Shown here: positions 60,887-64,000 of the stretch, in pieces | How the letters are laid out: each line of letters starts with the position of its first letter | How positions within the stretch are numbered: position 1 is the first letter of the stretch | Assembly: GCA_009103225.1 (NCBI GenBank) | Contig: RHPI01000260.1 | Location: 754,203-818,202 of the forward strand | Source: Chlorokybus atmophyticus | Taxonomy: Eukaryota > Plantae > Mesostigma and Chlorokybus algae | Direction: 5' to 3' | Length of the DNA: 64,000 nt | Translations under genes and position numbers: made by a program | The notes under the pieces: generated by a model | The model's database searches: none | Told to the model about the DNA's origin: nothing | The model's input: only the letters and a program-made list of their open reading frames with translations

Positions 60887-62306
60887 ATGTCATCAAGACA
60901 CGGCGCCGTAAGGCTAGAACGGTGAGTGGATGTGTGGCCCTCACTGAATGTTGTGCTACGCCTGCATTTGGTAGTCACCAACCTTGCTAATACTGTGCCG
61001 GCTTGATCTGTGATCTGTGGTCGTGGTCGTTGAATTGTTGCATCGCTGGATGTAACGTACTTCATTGCCTATTTGCTCATGTACTTCAAGGGCATCTACT
61101 TCTTTACTTTTTTACTGAATTTTCGTTAAATTTCAATCATTTACTTCAAGGGCACAACCTCACTTCTTCTGTGTGTTTTTGGACTTCTGAAAACCCGACA
61201 AAGGTGCACCTTCTCACACAGCTTGATGGTGCACATATGTGCGCTTCCAAGCCTCCAATGCGCTTTAAATCTTAACCAGCTGGAATGCTGCTTGTGTGCA
61301 TGTGCGTGTGCGTAGTCGATTTTTACACTTAGAGCTTGTTTCAGCGGAGCTTGTAAAACTAGGTTGTAAACGCTAGAGACACTGCTAACAGCTGCTTGAT
61401 TACTCATTATTATCATGCACTTGCGTTGCACACGCGTATGCTTTCGTACAGTGTTGTGACAAAGTTTGCACTTGACAGCACTGCAGATGAGCCAGGCGCC
61501 AGAAAAGCGCAGGAGAGAGCACCAGAACAGAATCAGCACATGGATGGAGACAGTCAACAGGACAGCGGCACGCCAAGCACAAGCGAACCCAGCAACGGAC
61601 CCTTTGTAAACACAGGTAGTGTGTGTGTACCTCATTTTCGTTCCAAGCATAAAAAGACTTGCTCCATAAACCTACGCCAGCTAGCAAGGGTGTGCACTTA
61701 CCTGATTTGACAAGGAATTCAGTGTGAGACAAGAATTGTACACTGTGCTAATCTGTGGAGGGGTTGTGTGCAGCGCTTGACACGTGGAATGAGCGAAGAC
61801 GGTTGTGGACCACCTCCACAAGCACACCTAGTAAAGCACCGCCTCGCAGGCCAGTGTTAAGGTGCACTCCCCTCTTATGCGTGTTTACGTGCCTGCGTGG
61901 TGCCACACAGGCACGCAGACATATACTATATTCATATCACCTTAGCATCTTCTCTCTCGTGTGCCTACCCTGAGGCCGACACGCTTTGATGCGGTATCAA
62001 CATCAACATGTGTTGTCCTGTGACAGTTCTGGAGTTACTTATGATGACATCCTTACAAGCAGTCGCCCCTTTCAACAACGAATACCTTTACCGGTAAGCC
62101 GCCGTCATTGCTTGCCACCACTGTCTCGGGTTGGGTGCTGGGATGGCATGCAACATCTGGTTGTTGCCCGTTGCTGTGTATGGGACAACATTGTGGACAA
62201 ATCTGCATGCTGCTCGAGCTGCATAGTAATCGTGATTGCGGTTGCTGCGCAGGAGATGGTAGACTTCTTAGTCGATTGTTGGGATCACGAAGGTTTGTTC
62301 AATTGA
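60887..62306 (+). CDS. DUF4050 (Gag1-like clamp) family protein; N-terminus may extend upstream
   Basis: Spliced GPFVNTALDTWNERRRLW...VTYDDILTSSRPFQQRIPLPEMVDFLVDCWDHEGLFN*, the plant DUF4050 signature. Confidence 0.85.
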
Positions 62307-62676
62307 CACTAGCCGTTTTTACTGTTAGCAACTGCTGGTTGCAGTTCAGCTGTGGTCAATCACCTTTGTATAATTGGAGGTAGTCTCTCAGTTCCTTGTC
62401 AGTAGCCAGTTTGCACTGGCTGAGTTAAGTCTACTGTAAGAGAGGTAGCGCAACCTTTGCGCTTGTTCTGGTGCTCTCTACGTCGACTGTATGTATGATT
62501 TGCGTAGATCTCAATGGCCATAGCAACATGCAGATGTTGCATGTTTACACATTACTTAATGGGCACTGACCTCACTTCAAGACTTAAAGCTGTCATAAGA
62601 GACCGCTACAAGGCGATGCATCCAGCTACAGATGGAAACACAAAACAATAGCATGTGCTGCTGCGTATGTGACAAC

Positions 62677-63202
62677 ATGTGGCAGCAACTGGAGGGTCGC
62701 TGTTGGTCATACACAACAGCGAGGAGGGCAACTTCAAGCTGAGATCCACCGTGGTGGATACCATTCTGACTGTCAACAAGCATTTGCCTCCCAACATGGC
62801 TGCAGCAGCTGTTCATCAACCCATCTGAAGCCTTAACATCAGGCTCAGGCATGGCGCTGCACAAGTCAAACCCATCTGCCTTATTGACAATGTACATCAA
62901 GCATGGCCTGCTTGTGGAGGCTGCGACACTTGCAATTGGCTATCTCAATGTCTGGTTGGAGAACCCAACTTGCAGAAAAATAAAATGTTGCCGTGTGGTG
63001 GCCACAAGCTTTATTCGACAAGCTTAGATATGGGCTCAAAGAGGCTGCCAGCAGCGATGATGATGCTTCCAGCGCTGGCGCAGATGAATACCGTTCACTG
63101 CACAATAGGCTGGTTGAAGTACTAGAAGTCCACAAGATCCAGACGCAGCGGAATCTACATGTGTTGAGACAACCGCAGTTGCAGTTGGCTGCAGTTAGGT
63201 GA
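62677..63202 (+). pseudogene. Frameshifted C-terminal fragment of a Nup160-like nucleoporin gene
   Basis: Three frameshifts join WQQLE / SLLVIHNSEEGNFKLRSTVVDTILTVNKHLP / PTWLQQLF...SNPSALLTMYIKHGLLVEAATLAIGYLNVWL / NVAVWWPQALFDKLRYGL. This follows the Nup160 C-terminal pattern (LPxWL, NPAxLxxLYxxYG, VWxPY). Confidence 0.62.
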
Positions 63203-64000
63203 GTGACTCATCGTGGCTTTGCTCGACTCCTAGCAGCATAGTTATCCAACTTATCCAACGCCTGTCTCAGCGTGGTAGGTTGGGTGTGCAGTTGAAGTTC
63301 AGCATCTGCTCTGCTAATGTATATGCTTTGCATAGGCCTGTGCTGTTGTTTGTGCTCTTGTGCACAAAGCCTGAGGATGTTGATGTTACCGAGGATGAGG
63401 ATGTTGATGTTGCCGTCTCATGGCTAGACACCCACGGGTGGGTCTGCGGTGATGCGCTGCAACTGCAACACATAGGACACAAACTGTAAGCACAGCAGCT
63501 ACAAGCAAGACAAAGCTATCCAGATGGTCAACACTTGCACACGGGACAAGCAATCAATCGGGCTGGAGTGGTGAGTCACGCCTCAACCATTGCCAACACA
63601 ACGTATACACCGCATCATAAGCAAGTCAGCAGCTTCTGACCACCAAGGTATTAGCAGCTATCTGTCTTGGTGCTGGCGGCACACCCGTGCAGCATATTGT
63701 GTTGCGAAAAAAGCACATACCGATAGTGGAGATGACGAGCGAGTCAGCACGTCATGCATACAGCATATATGACATGCCGTTGTGCAAACGCAACACCATG
63801 CCACATGCACACCACTCAAGCAACGCATGCACTATTATACACCTGACCAAGTAGTGTAATGTTGGCATAGCAGTGTGCAGTCAGTAACATACAGGCTGTG
63901 AACAGCTAAGGCATGCGTGTGCCAGGAAGCACATCCCAACATCAATCACAAGCCAGCACACGCTGCACAGCATTCCCACATGTAAACAACCAAAGAGAAT

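Noticed and set aside
60502-61065. 187-aa minus-strand ORF
   Set aside because: It is antisense to the first DUF4050 exon, whose plus-strand donor at 60923 splices in frame to the conserved domain. It has no motif support of its own.
1-64000. tRNA, rRNA or snRNA genes and intact transposase or reverse-transcriptase ORFs
   Set aside because: I recognised no cloverleaf or T-loop context, rRNA segment or RT/integrase/transposase motif by eye. A tRNAscan-SE/Infernal and RepeatMasker run is needed to exclude them formally.

Overview
Intron-rich, gene-dense eukaryotic nuclear DNA with two N gaps. It most likely comes from a green alga of the streptophyte (plant) lineage. This is inferred from plant-like Derlin, PEX4, APUM23/NOP9, SCY2, DUF4050, DUF3783 and PPR-SMR genes, a QALGGH-like zinc finger, and telo-box/G-box motifs. 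I reconstructed about 17 intact transcription units by hand, 14 of them in seven head-to-head pairs. The most notable observation is an unannotated, spliced 80-aa membrane-protein ORF that stops 12 nt before the CFAP20/BUG22 start codon on a shared exon, a candidate bicistronic locus. Other highlights are a decayed gene with amino-methyltransferase-like motifs next to a PHD-like finger ORF (1-3000), a C2H2 plus non-canonical MBD protein, a PPR-SMR protein with a hydrophobic C-terminal tail, at least five GC-AG introns, a modular Cys/Pro-rich secreted protein built from phase-1 exons, and a frameshifted Nup160 C-terminal fragment. I recognised no rRNA, tRNA, CRISPR array or intact transposase. 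All homology calls come from motif recognition without database searches.
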